From the NCBI RefSeq assembly GCF_001194135.2, contig NC_068997.1, positions 4,428,687 through 4,492,686 of the forward strand: 64,000 bases of DNA, read 5' to 3'. The position numbers and the translations under genes were made by a program. Position 1 is the first letter of the stretch, and each line of letters starts with the position of its first letter. Source of the stretch: Octopus bimaculoides (taxonomy: Eukaryota). A model generated the notes under the pieces. The model did not search any database. It was not told the DNA's origin and saw only the letters and a list, made by a program, of their open reading frames with translations. Positions 24,172 to 37,019 of this stretch are shown here, piece by piece.

Positions 24172-24588
24172 TTTGCATAGAAATGCACTATTGTGAAATC
24201 TCTACAAAAGATTTTACCGGCTCTGAAGGTTGGTCATGTGAGAAAACTATGCTATGGCATGTCTCAAGAGACAACCAGCCTTCTTGTATCTGTGTACTNN
24301 NNNNNNNNNNNNNNNNNNNNNNNNNNNNNNNNNNNNNNNNNNNNNNNNNNNNNNNNNNNNNNNNNNNNNNNNNNNNNNNNNNNNNNNNNNNNNNNNNNNN
24401 NNNNNNNNNNNNNNNNNNNNNNNNNNNNNNNNNNNNNNNNNNNNNNNNNNNNNNNNNNNNNNNNNNNNNNNNNNNNNNNNNNNNNNNNNNNNNNNNNNNN
24501 NNNNNNNNNNNNNNNNNNNNNNNNNNNNNNNNNNNNNNNNNNNNNNNNNNNNNNNNNNNNNNNNNNNNNNNNNNNNNNNNNNNNNNNN

Positions 24589-24622
<34 letters not shown>

Positions 24623-24673
24623 TGTATATAAACAGACACACACATTATTTATATTTATGTATATTATAATCAT

Positions 24674-24848
24674 ATAGGTAAAGCAAATTTTAAAGGTAGT
24701 ACTTGATAATTGCAAGCACCTGTATATGCCAGATATTGGCCGAGGTGAAAGAATAAGTTAAAAACGTAAAATTAAAACAAAACACAAAGGATTCCGCGGT
24801 ACACGTGTTTCAGGCTTATACACAGTTTTTGTGTTCTGTTTTAATTTT
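24674..24848. repeat. Dispersed hairpin-ending repeat (copy 2)
   Basis: Homologous to 23419-23565; arms TTAAAACAAAACACAAAGG / TTTTTGTGTTCTGTTTTAA with a longer (~35 nt) loop. Confidence 0.75.
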
Positions 24849-24953
24849 GCGTTTTTAATTTATATTATAATCATATGTATCCGTATGTACATGTATGTAT
24901 ATATGTGCGAGCGTATGTGTATGCGTATGAATATGAGTGTATGTCTGTGCGTA

Positions 24954-25007
<54 letters not shown>

Positions 25008-25244
25008 TGTTGCAGTGACTAAATATGCATAACCTCACAAGACGCATCTACCCGATAGATATGATCATTGAAAGTGCTCCACAAGTATTTCCATACTAGT
25101 CTGGGCTATGTCCTATGTCTATGTGTAATAAATAAACGGAAAGACTGAATGTAGAGTATACCCATTTAAATAATATATTATGATCTCACTGTTCAAAAGA
25201 TCATGAAGACACGTAAATTAGATGAAGCACTCAATACACCTTTA

Positions 25245-25688
25245 TTTGTTACTTGTTTTAGCTATTTGGCTATGCTCATGCTGAGGCCCCGCCTTGAAGG
25301 TCAAACAAATCGAACCCACGACTTTTTTTAAAGTTTAGTACTTATTCTATCGGTCTTTTTTTGCCGAACCACAAGTTAACTGGACTGGACATAAGCACAT
25401 CAACCGGTGCTCAGGCGATGGGGGATAAACACAGACACAAAGACGCACACACATAGATATATTTGAACAAACACACAGACACATAGAGACACAGACACAC
25501 AGGCACATATATATATATATAATGACGGGCTTCTTTATGATTTCGTCTACCAAATTTACTCACAAAACTTTGATCTGCCCGAAGCTATAGCAGAAGAGAC
25601 TTGCTCAAGTTGCCACGCAGTGGAACTGAGTCCGGAACCATGTGGTTGGGAAGCAAATTTCTTATCACTCATGCACATCCACACCTGC
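25245..25688 (-). mobile_element. SINE family A, complete
   Basis: Reverse complement of head (CCACGCAGTGGAACTGAGTCCGGAACCATGTGGTTGGGAAGCAA), internal CA/TA tract, AGTACTTATTCTATCGG and tail. Confidence 0.85.
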
Positions 25689-27124
25689 ATCAAAAACTTT
25701 GTGGGTCGGGTTTTACTTGTTTCAATCGTCTGGCTACGTCCATGCTCGGATACTGCCTTGTGGAATTTTAGTCGGGCATGTGAGTGTGTGTGTATATGTA
25801 GACACACCTACACATACACACGCACACACACATGTATATAAATATATAGACACGTATACACACGCACACATAAATATGTATACATATATACATAGCTATA
25901 CAAATATATATAGTCAAAGATCTGTGCGTGTGTGTGTGTGTGTGTGTGTATGTGTGTGTGNNNNNNNNNNNNNNNNNNNNNNNNNNNNNNNNNNNNNNNN
26001 NNNNNNNNNNNNNNNNNNNNNNNNNNNNNNNNNNNNNNNNNNNNNNNNNNNNNNNNNNNNNNNNNNNNNNNNNNNNNNNNNNNNNNNNNNNNNNNNNNNN
26101 NNNNNNNNNNNNNNNNNNNNNNNNNNNNNNNNNNNNNNNNNNNNNNNNNNNNNNNNNNNNNNNNNNNNNNNNNNNNNNNNNNNNNNNNNNNNNNNNNNNN
26201 NNNNNNNNNNNNNNNNNNNNNNNNNNNNNNNNNNNNNNNNNNNNNNNNNNNNNNNNNNNNNNNNNNNNNNNNNNNNNNNNNNNNNNNNNNNNNNNNNNNN
26301 NNNNNNNNNNNNNNNNNNNNNNNNNNNNNNNNNNNNNNNNNNGTGTGTGTGTGTGTGTCTGTGTGTGTGTGTGTGTGTATTAATATTGCCTCTATCACAT
26401 ACACACATACATATTTATTTATATATATATATGAGTAAATGTGCATATGAATAAGCATGTTTGAATGTTTATATATATATCAGTCAATGTGTATGTGTGT
26501 GTGTGTGAGGGAGAAAGAGTATGTGAATTTTTATCACATAGGTGTATGTGTTTGTTTACTCTTTATGCATGTAGCATACAGATGTAATTGTATCTATGTT
26601 TCTTCCAAGAAACACGAATCTCAAATGAAGAATTCCAAGAATGCTTTAAATGGCTTCACTATAACCTTAATCGATTGAGCTTGGTTAACGTCAATCAGTT
26701 TGACTTGCTCTGTCTTGGAAAACCCCACTATTTTTAATCTTTCATGCAAATAAGCTGTTACGCAACCCAGTGTGTCTATGACAATATGCGCAAATGAAAA
26801 TCTACAGACCGTAAACAAGCTTGCGGTTAGTTCACTATAGACGTTTACTTTAGACAATTTTTGCTGAGACATTCATATCCGCTTGGGAGTATGAGTGAAT
26901 TTATGCATGTATATACGTATGTACGTATGTATGTATGTATTATGTATGTATGTATGTATGTATGTATGTATGTATGTATGTATGAATGAATGCATGAATG
27001 TATGAATGTAAGTACGTATGTATGTATGCATGTATATATATATATATAGATGGATAGATATAGATAAATACATATATATGTATGTATATTTATATATATA
27101 TATGATGTATATATGTAGTTGCAT

Positions 27125-27408
27125 AGTGGAGGCGCAATGGCCCAGTGGTTAGGGCAGCGGACTCGCAGTCATAGGAACACGGTTCGATTCCCAGACCGGC
27201 CGTTGTGAGTGTTTATTAAGCGAAAACACCTAAAGCTCCACGAGGCTCCGCAGGGGATGGTGGCGAACCCTGCTGTACTCTTTCACCACAACTTTCTCTC
27301 ACTCTTATTTCCTGTTTCTGTTGTGCCTGTAATTCAAAGGGTCAGCCTTGCCACACTCTGTGTCACGCTGAAAATCCCCCGAGAACTACGTTAAGGGTAC
27401 ACGTGTCT
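27125..27408 (+). mobile_element. tRNA-derived SINE family C (truncated by gap)
   Basis: AGTGGAGGCGCAATGGCCCAGTGGTTAGGGCAGCGG (box A)...CGGTTCGATTCCC (box B); body nearly identical to 43644. Confidence 0.9.
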
Positions 27409-27631
27409 NNNNNNNNNNNNNNNNNNNNNNNNNNNNNNNNNNNNNNNNNNNNNNNNNNNNNNNNNNNNNNNNNNNNNNNNNNNNNNNNNNNNNNNNNNNN
27501 NNNNNNNNNNNNNNNNNNNNNNNNNNNNNNNNNNNNNNNNNNNNNNNNNNNNNNNNNNNNNNNNNNNNNNNNNNNNNNNNNNNNNNNNNNNNNNNNNNNN
27601 NNNNNNNNNNNNNNNNNNNNNNNNNNNNNNN

Positions 27632-27663
<32 letters not shown>

Positions 27664-27752
27664 TAGGTACTTATACATACACACATGTATGTATATATAT
27701 ATATATATTTATGTATTATATGTGTATATATATATTTATATATATATGAATC

Positions 27753-27785
<33 letters not shown>

Positions 27786-27811
27786 TGTCGGCGCATGTTT
27801 ATACTTGTGTT

Positions 27812-27850
<39 letters not shown>

Positions 27851-28138
27851 CTTATATATATTCAACTTAAGATGACAGTAACCAAAGTTTGCTTTAGAAG
27901 CGTTGAGATGTATTGAAAGAATCAGAAATAATTTATTCGCAAACGCAGTTTATCCTGTTTATGCTATTGTATTAGCATTATCAAGCGTTTGAGAATAAAT
28001 TATTTCTCTATCTTTCAATACATCTTAACGCTTCTAAAGGAAACTTTATTTGTTTACTTTTATCGTAAGTTGAATTTAACGTTAGCGTTTTATAAAGCTA
28101 GATTTATAAATCCTAAAATTGCAGACCAATTCATTGCA

Positions 28139-28211
28139 GGACAGTTTAGCTTCACGGTAAAGCACTTGAGGCGTAATCACAAGGGTGTGCGTTCGAGTCT
28201 CATGGGTGTCC
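28139..28211 (+). pseudogene. tRNA-like degenerate sequence (73 nt)
   Basis: GGACA../..TGTCC closing stem, D arm GCTT/AAGC with GG, T loop GTTCGAGTC; anticodon arm non-canonical. Confidence 0.4.
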
Positions 28212-28362
28212 GGTAACGAATTTTATCTGCAATATATGGATAGTTTATCCTGTTCATGCTATTGTATTAGCATTAACATGCGTTCGAGAATAAGTTATTT
28301 CTGTATCTTTTATATATATATATATATGTGTGTGTGTGTATGTATGTATATATATATATGTA

Positions 28363-29030
28363 TTTTATAGATGACTATCAGGTAAGGCTCTTTACTGACT
28401 TCTTGGCGACTGAATGAGTTAATTATAATGTGACAGTCGTATATTTTAAATATATTTAAAAAGATATGAATATACAAGATTAAAAAATTAACGGCTAATG
28501 AAAACAGCATTGACATTATATATCAATATTAGGTGTATATATTTAGTTCGATTTGTGACAATCTATATTATCAGTATTTTTCTTTTAACATTGTATTCTG
28601 TAATTAGCATTTCTATAATCTTGAATGCCCTATTTCTCTAGGGGAGTTTTGTTGCGTACATATGTATTGTTTGCTAATGTTTTTTTTGATTTTTTCTACC
28701 TAGTTTTCATTTGATTTTTATATAACATAGAATTGTGATTGATCCTTGTTTTAAATTCAAGATGAAGCAGCGAAAAATAGTTTAAATGTGTGGCCAATAT
28801 AGCTGGTAAAGACGTTAAGTTTACAACTTCACCGTTTGCAATCAATTTTATAAACCGCATTAAGTATCTGTAGCTTGTCCGCAAGGCTTTTGCTCTTCTT
28901 GATAGTTAGTGATAAAACGGCTTTTAATTTTAGAGTGTTTTGTCATAAATTATTAATGTTAGTTTATGGTTTCATGAGATTTGCGTGTGTATGCTTGTGT
29001 GTCAGTGTATTATGAGAAGAGTGAGGGCGG

Positions 29031-29070
<40 letters not shown>

Positions 29071-29719
29071 CGTGTGCGTTTGTGTGTGCTCCTGCGCTTC
29101 ACACCGATATCTATTCATTCAAAATTGAAACAAAACTCCGCCATAGCTCCGTTACAGCTTGAAAGACTTTCAGTTAAATACGTCTAGACCTATGGAGTCA
29201 TATGTTACTTCAAATATGTGCGTGTATGCGTGTTCGAGTGGGTGGATTTTCCGCGTTGCATGTGTGTGCGTGTATTCATAAATATATGTATAAAAGCATG
29301 TGCGTAAGCATGTGTGTATGCATATATTGTTGAAATTTTAACAGTTAATTCATTTATAATAATATATAATTGATTTTTAAAATAATATAATATATACCTG
29401 TCTCTTGACGTACATACACCGGATGAAGCTAGGAAAAGAATTAGATAATAGATGCATACATACATGTTTATGTGTAAGTTTATATATAAATATGCATGTG
29501 TGTGTGTGTGTGTGTAAATATATGTATAGATAGAGATGTGGAGAGAGAGAAGGAAAGATAGAAAGAAAATTAGCTATATAACGCTTGGATATAATTTTTT
29601 AAGCTTGTATATTCATATCTTTTTAAATATATTTAAAATATCCGGCTGCCACATTATAATTAACTCATTCAGTCGCCATGAAGTCAATAAAAAACCCTAC
29701 CTGATAGTCATCTCTAAAA
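28363..29719. mobile_element. Non-autonomous DNA transposon-like element with ~128-bp terminal inverted repeats
   Basis: 28363-28490 is the near reverse complement of 29592-29719. The ORF track shows the same peptide (LYIHIFLNIFKI..CHIIINSFSR.EV.K.PYLIVI) on opposite strands. Confidence 0.8.
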
Positions 29720-29969
29720 CGCATATTTATTCTAAACAAAATCAGTTAATTTGCATATTGCTATTAGTTTTTCAAGTCTGACGAAATTACTAATTCACTA
29801 ACGCATCTTGAAATTTAGAATATTAATTTTGGGTATTAAATGTGCAGACGTAGTTGTAATGGTTAAGAGGATTGATTCGTAGCTTCGGCGAAACGGGTTG
29901 GATTCTGCTGCAAGGTATTTTAATGAAGGGCTTTCGAAAGCCTGTCGTGTTTTATCTGTGTGTTTGTTT

Positions 29970-30007
<38 letters not shown>

Positions 30008-30492
30008 GTGTGTGTGTGTGCACGTACTTTTTCTCTTTTTAATTTAAAGTTAATTTTGATCGGCCAACTGCTTGGTATCAAGGTTGTTGAAGTCCTCTTC
30101 CGTTTGGATTTTTCTATCCACATTGGTATCCACAGGTCAGCTGATTTCCACAACATAGCATACCTTTTCCTTGTGGCTACACACAACAACATCTGGTCGG
30201 TTGTGTTCTATGTCGATGGCTGTTTTAATTAAGTTCCATTAATATTCTTTTGACCCATTGGTCTCAATATAATCATGTATATATGTAAGTGTTTGTGTGT
30301 GTCTTTGTTGTCTCTGTGTTTCTCCCTCATCACTGCTTCACAACTGCTGTTCGTTTATTTACATCCCCATAACTCACTGGTTTGACAAGAAGAAACTGAT
30401 AGAATAAGTACCAGGCTTATCAAAATAAAAAAAAGCACTAGGCAGTGTCTCGTATTTTTGTTTGCCCACTCAGTTGTATCTATCAATCTATC

Positions 30493-30541
<49 letters not shown>

Positions 30542-30619
30542 TTATATAAATATATATATAAATAAATATATATATATATAATACACACACATACATGTAT
30601 GTATATGTGCATATTCATA

Positions 30620-30875
30620 TCAATTATATAAAAGTCAATGTCATTATGTGTGTTCGTGTGTTACTTATACATTTGAAAACTAGTGCACCGATCCTAATGA
30701 AATTTGGAACGCAAAATCCAAGCCTAGAGAGAAGGGTAATGCTGTCTGTTTCATACAATTTCATGGACCAAAATTACTGAATGGATCCTTATGATATTTG
30801 CTCACTTATATTCTACTTCCTCCCCTTTTTCTCCCTCTCGAATTGATACTGTCCTTGGGCAGCAACGGGCCTAAT
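30620..30875 (+). mobile_element. Possible non-autonomous Helitron/HINE-like element
   Basis: TC..TTATATAAAAG start, CCGATCCTAATGAAATTTGG motif and degenerate GGGCAGCAACGGGC near the end; pattern recognition only. Confidence 0.4.
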
Positions 30876-30899
30876 ATAAGCTGCCTTAAGAACAGCTGC

Positions 30900-31150
30900 C
30901 GTGCAAGGATAGATAATCATATCGAACACTAACGATCGATTCCAGTTCATCAGAACCCCACAGAAGGCAACTTATGGGGCAAAAGTTTCAGAGACATCCC
31001 CTTTCTTCATGTCCTTCTCCAGTGATGTTGATATTCATTGACTCATAAAACTGAGAATTCTCCCGTTCTGCTACCTGTTATAGAAGATATCCAGGAACAA
31101 ACCTGACGTATATACGTAAAGCCTTTAACATAGACTATCCAAACTAGATG
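30900..31150 (-). pseudogene. Possible highly decayed LINE RT fragment
   Basis: Minus-strand translation ...NINITGEGHEERGCL*NFCPISCLL... resembles the (V)xPIxKKG......NYRPISLL motif. Confidence 0.35.
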
Positions 31151-32397
31151 ATCTCCCCCTTCTGCAACCACTAATCACCAATCATATCTCAGCTGTTGTT
31201 GTCGACTTATCGCAATACACAGCGTCTTCCACTGAAAATTAGGCACTATAGTCTATTACTTTCGGAAGTACTTCGAGAGCTCAATGAATTTATGCTTTAT
31301 TTTCCTTTCGAGAAGTCTGTTTATGTTAATTTTATTGTTCTAGCTTCTTTTTTAGATGACCACATCCATTAGGGCTCTTCAGCCGTTTTTGCTGCTCGCC
31401 CTACGAAGAAAAATTTTAAAAGAAGAAATTTTTTCGAGACCTAAAGCATATTTTCAAAATGGTGTCGTCTTCATCACCGAGCCAAGAAGAGAGGAAGTGG
31501 GAGGAGGTTTTGAAGGTGAAATTATCTTTCACAGTCGACTCTTTCCACACAATTCTTCAGACGTAATTAAAAACTGTAACAACAATATTACTAGCAACAA
31601 CAACAACAAAAAGAGTAACAGCCACAACATCCCCCATCCCCAATGAAAAGTAATAATAGAAGCAATAATGCTTGTTCTAAAAATNNNNNNNNNNNNNNNN
31701 NNNNNNNNNNNNNNNNNNNNNNNNNNNNNNNNNNNNNNNNNNNNNNNNNNNNNNNNNNNNNNNNNNNNNNNNNNNNNNNNNNNNNNNNNNNNNNNNNNNN
31801 NNNNNNNNNNNNNNNNNNNNNNNNNNNNNNNNNNNNNNNNNNNNNNNNNNNNNNNNNNNNNNNNNNNNNNNNNNNNNNNNNNNNNNNNNNNNNNNNNNNN
31901 NNNNNNNNNNNNNNNNNNNNNNNNNNNNNNNNNNNNNNNNNNNNNNNNNNNNNNNNNNNNNNNNNNNNNNNNNNNNNNNNNNNNNNNNNNNNNNNNNNNN
32001 NNNNNNNNNNNNNNNNNNNNNNNNNNNNNNNNNNNNNNNNNNNNNNNNNNNNNNNNNNNNNNNNNNNNNNNNNNNNNNNNNNNNNNNNNNNNNNNNNNNN
32101 NNNNNNNNNNNNNNNNNNNNNNNNNNNNNNNNNNNNNNNNNNNNNNNNNNNNNNNNNNNNNNNNNNNNNNNNNNNNNNNNNNNNNNNNNNNNNNNNNNNN
32201 NNNNNNNNNNNNNNNNNNNNNNNNNNNNNNNNNNNNNNNNNNNNNNNNNNNNNNNNNNNNNNNNNNNNNNNNNNNNNNNNNNNNNNNNNNNNNNNNNNNN
32301 NNNNNNNNNNNNNNNNNNNNNNNNNNNNNNNNNNNNNNNNNNNNNNNNNNNNNNNNNNNNNNNNNNNNNNNNNNNNNNNNNNNNNNNNNNNNNNNNN

Positions 32398-32437
32398 AAG
32401 AAGAAGAAGAAGAAGAAGAAGAAGAAGAAGAAGAAGA
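32398..32437. repeat. (AAG)n microsatellite at the presumed 5' junction of the R4/Dong element
   Basis: Direct tandem AAG following an N gap. Confidence 0.95.
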
Positions 32438-35400
32438 GCCCCACGTTGAATAACAATATGGATGTGCTACACCGGGCTCCCGATTCAAAAACAACTCTAA
32501 TCCAATAACATCGATGGAATTAGATAAAAGAACCTGCGATAAACTTGAAGGAAGCGGTCTCTTAACGAGAATAAAAAAAACGAAATTTTACTGCCATACA
32601 AAGCACAGTTTCTCCTACGCACGATGTCTCAGTGAAACGTGCGAAACACACGCGATATCTACACCGGAAAGTTTACAAATTATAAAATAGAAATGGAACA
32701 AAATAGTAAGTACGTAAATTGAGTAATTACGCATACACTCGAATATCTACATAATCATATATATATATATATATATATTGATACCCGTAGGACTACACAT
32801 ACATCTCAATGTTTACACAACTACGTGAAGTTTACAGGATACACACGCATATGAAAACACATGTCACAAACGAAGCAAAAAACAAAAACAAAACTTTTTT
32901 CCTTTTTTTATTTTCATTTCTCGAACTAACACAGACAGAGTGAACCATTCATAAGTTTAAAAACACCACAAAAAACTATGCCCGGAGATAAATCTATCAA
33001 CTAAAAAATACAGACGAATACAGATCTGTTAGCCTTAAGAAGCTACGTTACGAGCAATGTTTACATGCAGAGAACTCGGTGACAGTGTTGTCTCAAAAAA
33101 TTAACCCTAAACAGACATATCCGTCCCCTAATGTCAACGTCGAAGCTCGTGGTGTCTCACTGTTAACAAAGCAAAATACAAACCGGAATGGTCATTGACC
33201 GTATTACAAAGCACCACGTAATCGAATGTTGAACCAGATTCGAGGCGAAAAATCAGCTACTGGTCCAAATCTTCCCGATACACAGGAGCTGGAAGTACCC
33301 CACAGCTTGAATATTCCAACAGTAGGCCATCCATGCTCGTCACCAAATAACCAAAAGAAAAAGAATGAAAATGGTCGAGGGAAGATAATAAAGAAGTTCT
33401 TACGGCCTTCTACCATGCTATATATTTCCCCACAAATAAATCTAATATTTTACAAACCTACTTAAACTGGAGACATAAACACCCTGAAGTAAGGCCCTAC
33501 ATAGACAGTAACAAACTTGCCAACGTCAGAAGAGACATTATGAAAAAAATGACTAACTGAAGTAGAGGTTGACCAAATTAAACAAGCAGTTAGGGATAAA
33601 AAGAACGAAGCTGCAGCTAAAGAAGATACTACTGAGGAAATAATTATAGACCGGCTCAGGTCTGATGAAAAGGCAGTAATGATTGAAAGAGTTAATGTAA
33701 CTGACAGGCAAAGTGAAATACTCACTGAAACAACCATAAACACTAAGGCAGATGAAAATCAAATAGATGAAGAAAGTCACACAAATATTGACCCAAAAGA
33801 ACTACATGATCTAAAAAATCGAATCATGATTGAATGGCTGAAAATTAAAGAAACCAGTATGAAAGAACGCGATACTCTCCCAAAAATTCGCAATTCTAAC
33901 CAAAACCTGAAAATAATTGGTAAAATCCGACTTGCACTTAAGGATATAATTTCAGCTAATAATGTTGATATTACAGATCTCAACCACCTGTACTATGTTT
34001 CCGCGAAAATCTCAATGATTCTATGTGGTGAAAAGATTAGAAAACGACAACACTCCCACAAAAAGCCTTCTTGGCATGAGCGTATTCAACACCAAATTAA
34101 GCCACTTAGGTCTGACATAGAATGCTTGAAAAACCTTAAATCTGACAAGACTATCAAACCAACAAAAACCCGAAAATTAAAGAAAAAATATAGGAAGAAA
34201 ACCATAGTTGACATTGATGCCACCGTAGAAACCATCAAGCAAAAGGTATGTGCTAAAGCTGCCCGCATAGCAAGGTATGGAAAGCGCGTTAGACAACAAC
34301 AAGTTCAAAAATAGCCCCAAAAATTTTTAAAGGAAGATAAGAAAAACACCAGTTGCAGTAAAGTCAGTCCCATCAAAGGAAGAAGTGCAGGAATTTTGGA
34401 ATGAAATTTGGGCAGAAGAAAAAACAAACAATGAAAAGGCCCCTTGCATTAATAGAATATCAACAGATTTAGACTCCTTAAAAGAGCAAAAGTGGGAGGG
34501 TGTCAAGGTAGAAGATATAAGATCTGCTCTCAGGTGGTCAAGCAAATGGAGGTCTTTAGGAAAGGATAAAATTCCTAACTTCTGGCTGAATGCCTTCCCA
34601 GAAAGCCATGAACTGCTAACAAAACTTTACAACGATGTTTTGCAAAATCTTAGTATGATGCCCTCTTGGCTAGTTAATGGTTTAACATTCCTGCTTCCAA
34701 AAAATGAGGAAACAAACGAACCCAAAAATTATAGACCCATAACCTGCTTAACAACAATGTATAAGACACTAACATCCATCCTAACTGAGTATACGTATAG
34801 TTTTTTTAATAGAAAGTAGCATATTCCCTAATGAGCAAAAGGGATGTAAACGTGGATCTTATGGTTGTAAAGATCAGCTACTCATCAATAAGATGATCTA
34901 CGAAGATTGTCACAAACGACACAAAAACTTGTGAATAGCCTGGATTGACTATAAAAAAGCTTTTGATAGCCTACCACATATCTGGATTAAGAAATGTCTA
35001 GAAATAATTGGAAAGAAATGTGTGGAAATACTCTGCGAAACTTTTTGTCTGTAAGTATGAGATCACGAAGAACCACACTGACGTTGAACAGTGACCATGA
35101 ATCTCTAAATGCTGGAGATGTAAAAATTTCAGGTGGCATTTTCACTATCACCACTCCTCTTTTGTCTAGCCTTAATACCTCTCTCAAAATTACTCAATGA
35201 TGCACAGAACGGTTATAAAATGTTTGATAAAAAATATAAATCATCTCATTTACATGGATGATTTAAAGCACTTCGCAAAAAATGACCAACAACTCAAAGG
35301 CTTACTAGCGATTGTTAAACAATTCAGTGAGGACATCAGAATGCAATTTGGTCTCGATAAATGTGCAAAGGTTACATTTATCAACAGAAAAATGACAGAA

Positions 35401-36972
35401 ACATCTAACGTTAACCTTGACCAGCAGAATGTCATAAAAAGTTAGAACCAGCGCAGAGCTACAAATACCTAGGGGTACTTGAAAGGAACGGAATCAGGCA
35501 TTCAGTGATGAGGGAAAGGATCAGAAGAGAATGTTATCGCAGAGTGAGAGCAATACTTAAGACAGAGCTGAATGCAAGAAACAGGATCGAAGCAATCAAT
35601 GCTTTAGCCATACCAGTCTTGACTGACAGTTTCAATGTCATTAACTGGTCAATTATTAAAATATGTAATCTTGACAGAAAAATACGAAAACTGTTGACAA
35701 TGCATAGAATGCACCGCCCTAAGGCAGATATAGAATGACTTTATCTGCCAAGAAAAGAGGGAGGCCGTAGACTTTTACAACTGGCATTAACAATGAAGAT
35801 TGCCACAATCGTCCTGGACACCTACCTGAAAAACTCTGAGGACTGGATGTTAAAACTTGTCTCAAAACATGAAAACAAGAAAGCGTCATACTCAGTAACA
35901 AAACAGGCAAAGGAATATCTAAGTGAATTCCAAATACAACAAATTTCGGAATTAGGCATACTAGAAACAAGCGCAGAAAAAGCTAAGCGCATGAATACCC
36001 GTGCAAAAACTGCTGCCTTAGATATTCTGACTGATAAATGGCAAGAAAAACTTCCCAATGGCAAATATCCAAAGAGAGCGAATAATGCCGACGTTAACAA
36101 AGCCCTTAACCATCAGTGGCTAATGGCTTCTGCCTTAAAATCTGAAACAGAAAGCTTTATCATACCAGCCCAAGTTCAATGCTTACCTACAAGGAACTAC
36201 CAAGCTAACATATTAAATAACGGCAGCTTCCCAACATACCGTGTATGTCAACAACAAAATGAAACCATTGATCATGTCGTCTCCATGTGCAGTCTTCTTG
36301 CGCCTACAGAGTATCTCAACAGGCATGATAGAGCTACACAATATATTCACTGGGTAATTTGCAAACACCTGGACTTGCCCCATGATGAAAACTGGTGAGA
36401 ACACAAACCTCCTCCAGTACTTGAAAATGATCACATCTCAACCCTCTGGAACTTCACCATTCAAACTAACAGAAAGATAGATGCAAATAGGTCAGACATC
36501 ATATTGAAAGACTTCAGACAAAAATCATGCCTCCTCATTGATATGACTGTCCCAATCGATATAAACGTATCTGTCAAGACCTACCAAAAACTGAGCAAGT
36601 ATAAAGATCTTGAAATAGAAGCTGAAGACTAAAACAATACCTGTTGTCATAGGTGCCCTAGGAATGATAGCAAAAGGGGCTGATTGCTACCTAGCTCAGA
36701 TAACAGGAAACCCGAAAATGGCAGAAATTCAAAAGATAGTGCTCATGAGAACTGCCTATATCCTACGCAAAATACTTTCTATGTAATCTCAAATTTTAAA
36801 ACGAACACACAATTTTCTTATGGTTTCTTTAAGATTCCCTAGAACAACACTATGTAAAGAACCAAATATATGGCACCCTAGGCATAACACTAACATGAAC
36901 TTCTATCTTGTCTCTTGGGGTCTCTGGGTGAGACTTGGAGCCAACTTGTACAGATGTAAAGCAGAAGTTAAT

Positions 36973-36976
<4 letters not shown>
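32438..36976 (+). mobile_element. R4/Dong-clade non-LTR retrotransposon with restriction-like endonuclease, apparently full length, inactivated
   Basis: Single long ORF broken by stops and frameshifts. N-terminal MKWSREDNKEVL..FY motif; RT motifs KNYRPITCLTTMYKTLTSIL and HLIYMDDLK; CCHC region RVCQQQNETIDHVVSMC followed by RHD; degenerate PD..D endonuclease (NRSDIIL...IDMTVP...KLSKYKDL); 3' UTR ends in (TAA)n. The 5' boundary is inferred. Confidence 0.9.
33226..36786 (+). pseudogene. Disrupted RT-RLE polyprotein of the R4/Dong element
   Basis: ORF-track fragments 33226, 33679, 34385, 35197, 35505 and 35793 form consecutive parts of one protein ending ...ILRKILSM* at 36786. Confidence 0.88.
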
Positions 36977-37006
<30 letters not shown>

Positions 37007-37019
37007 TAATAATAATAAT
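36977..37019. repeat. (TAA)n microsatellite at the 3' junction of the R4/Dong element
   Basis: Direct tandem TAA with one TGA. Confidence 0.95.

Noticed and set aside
32437-32495. GAGCCC...GGGCTC pairing at the 5' end of the R4/Dong element as a possible HDV-like ribozyme
   Set aside because: Lacks the P3/L3 (UYCHCGY) consensus and the GG after P1; the nested pseudoknot cannot be built.
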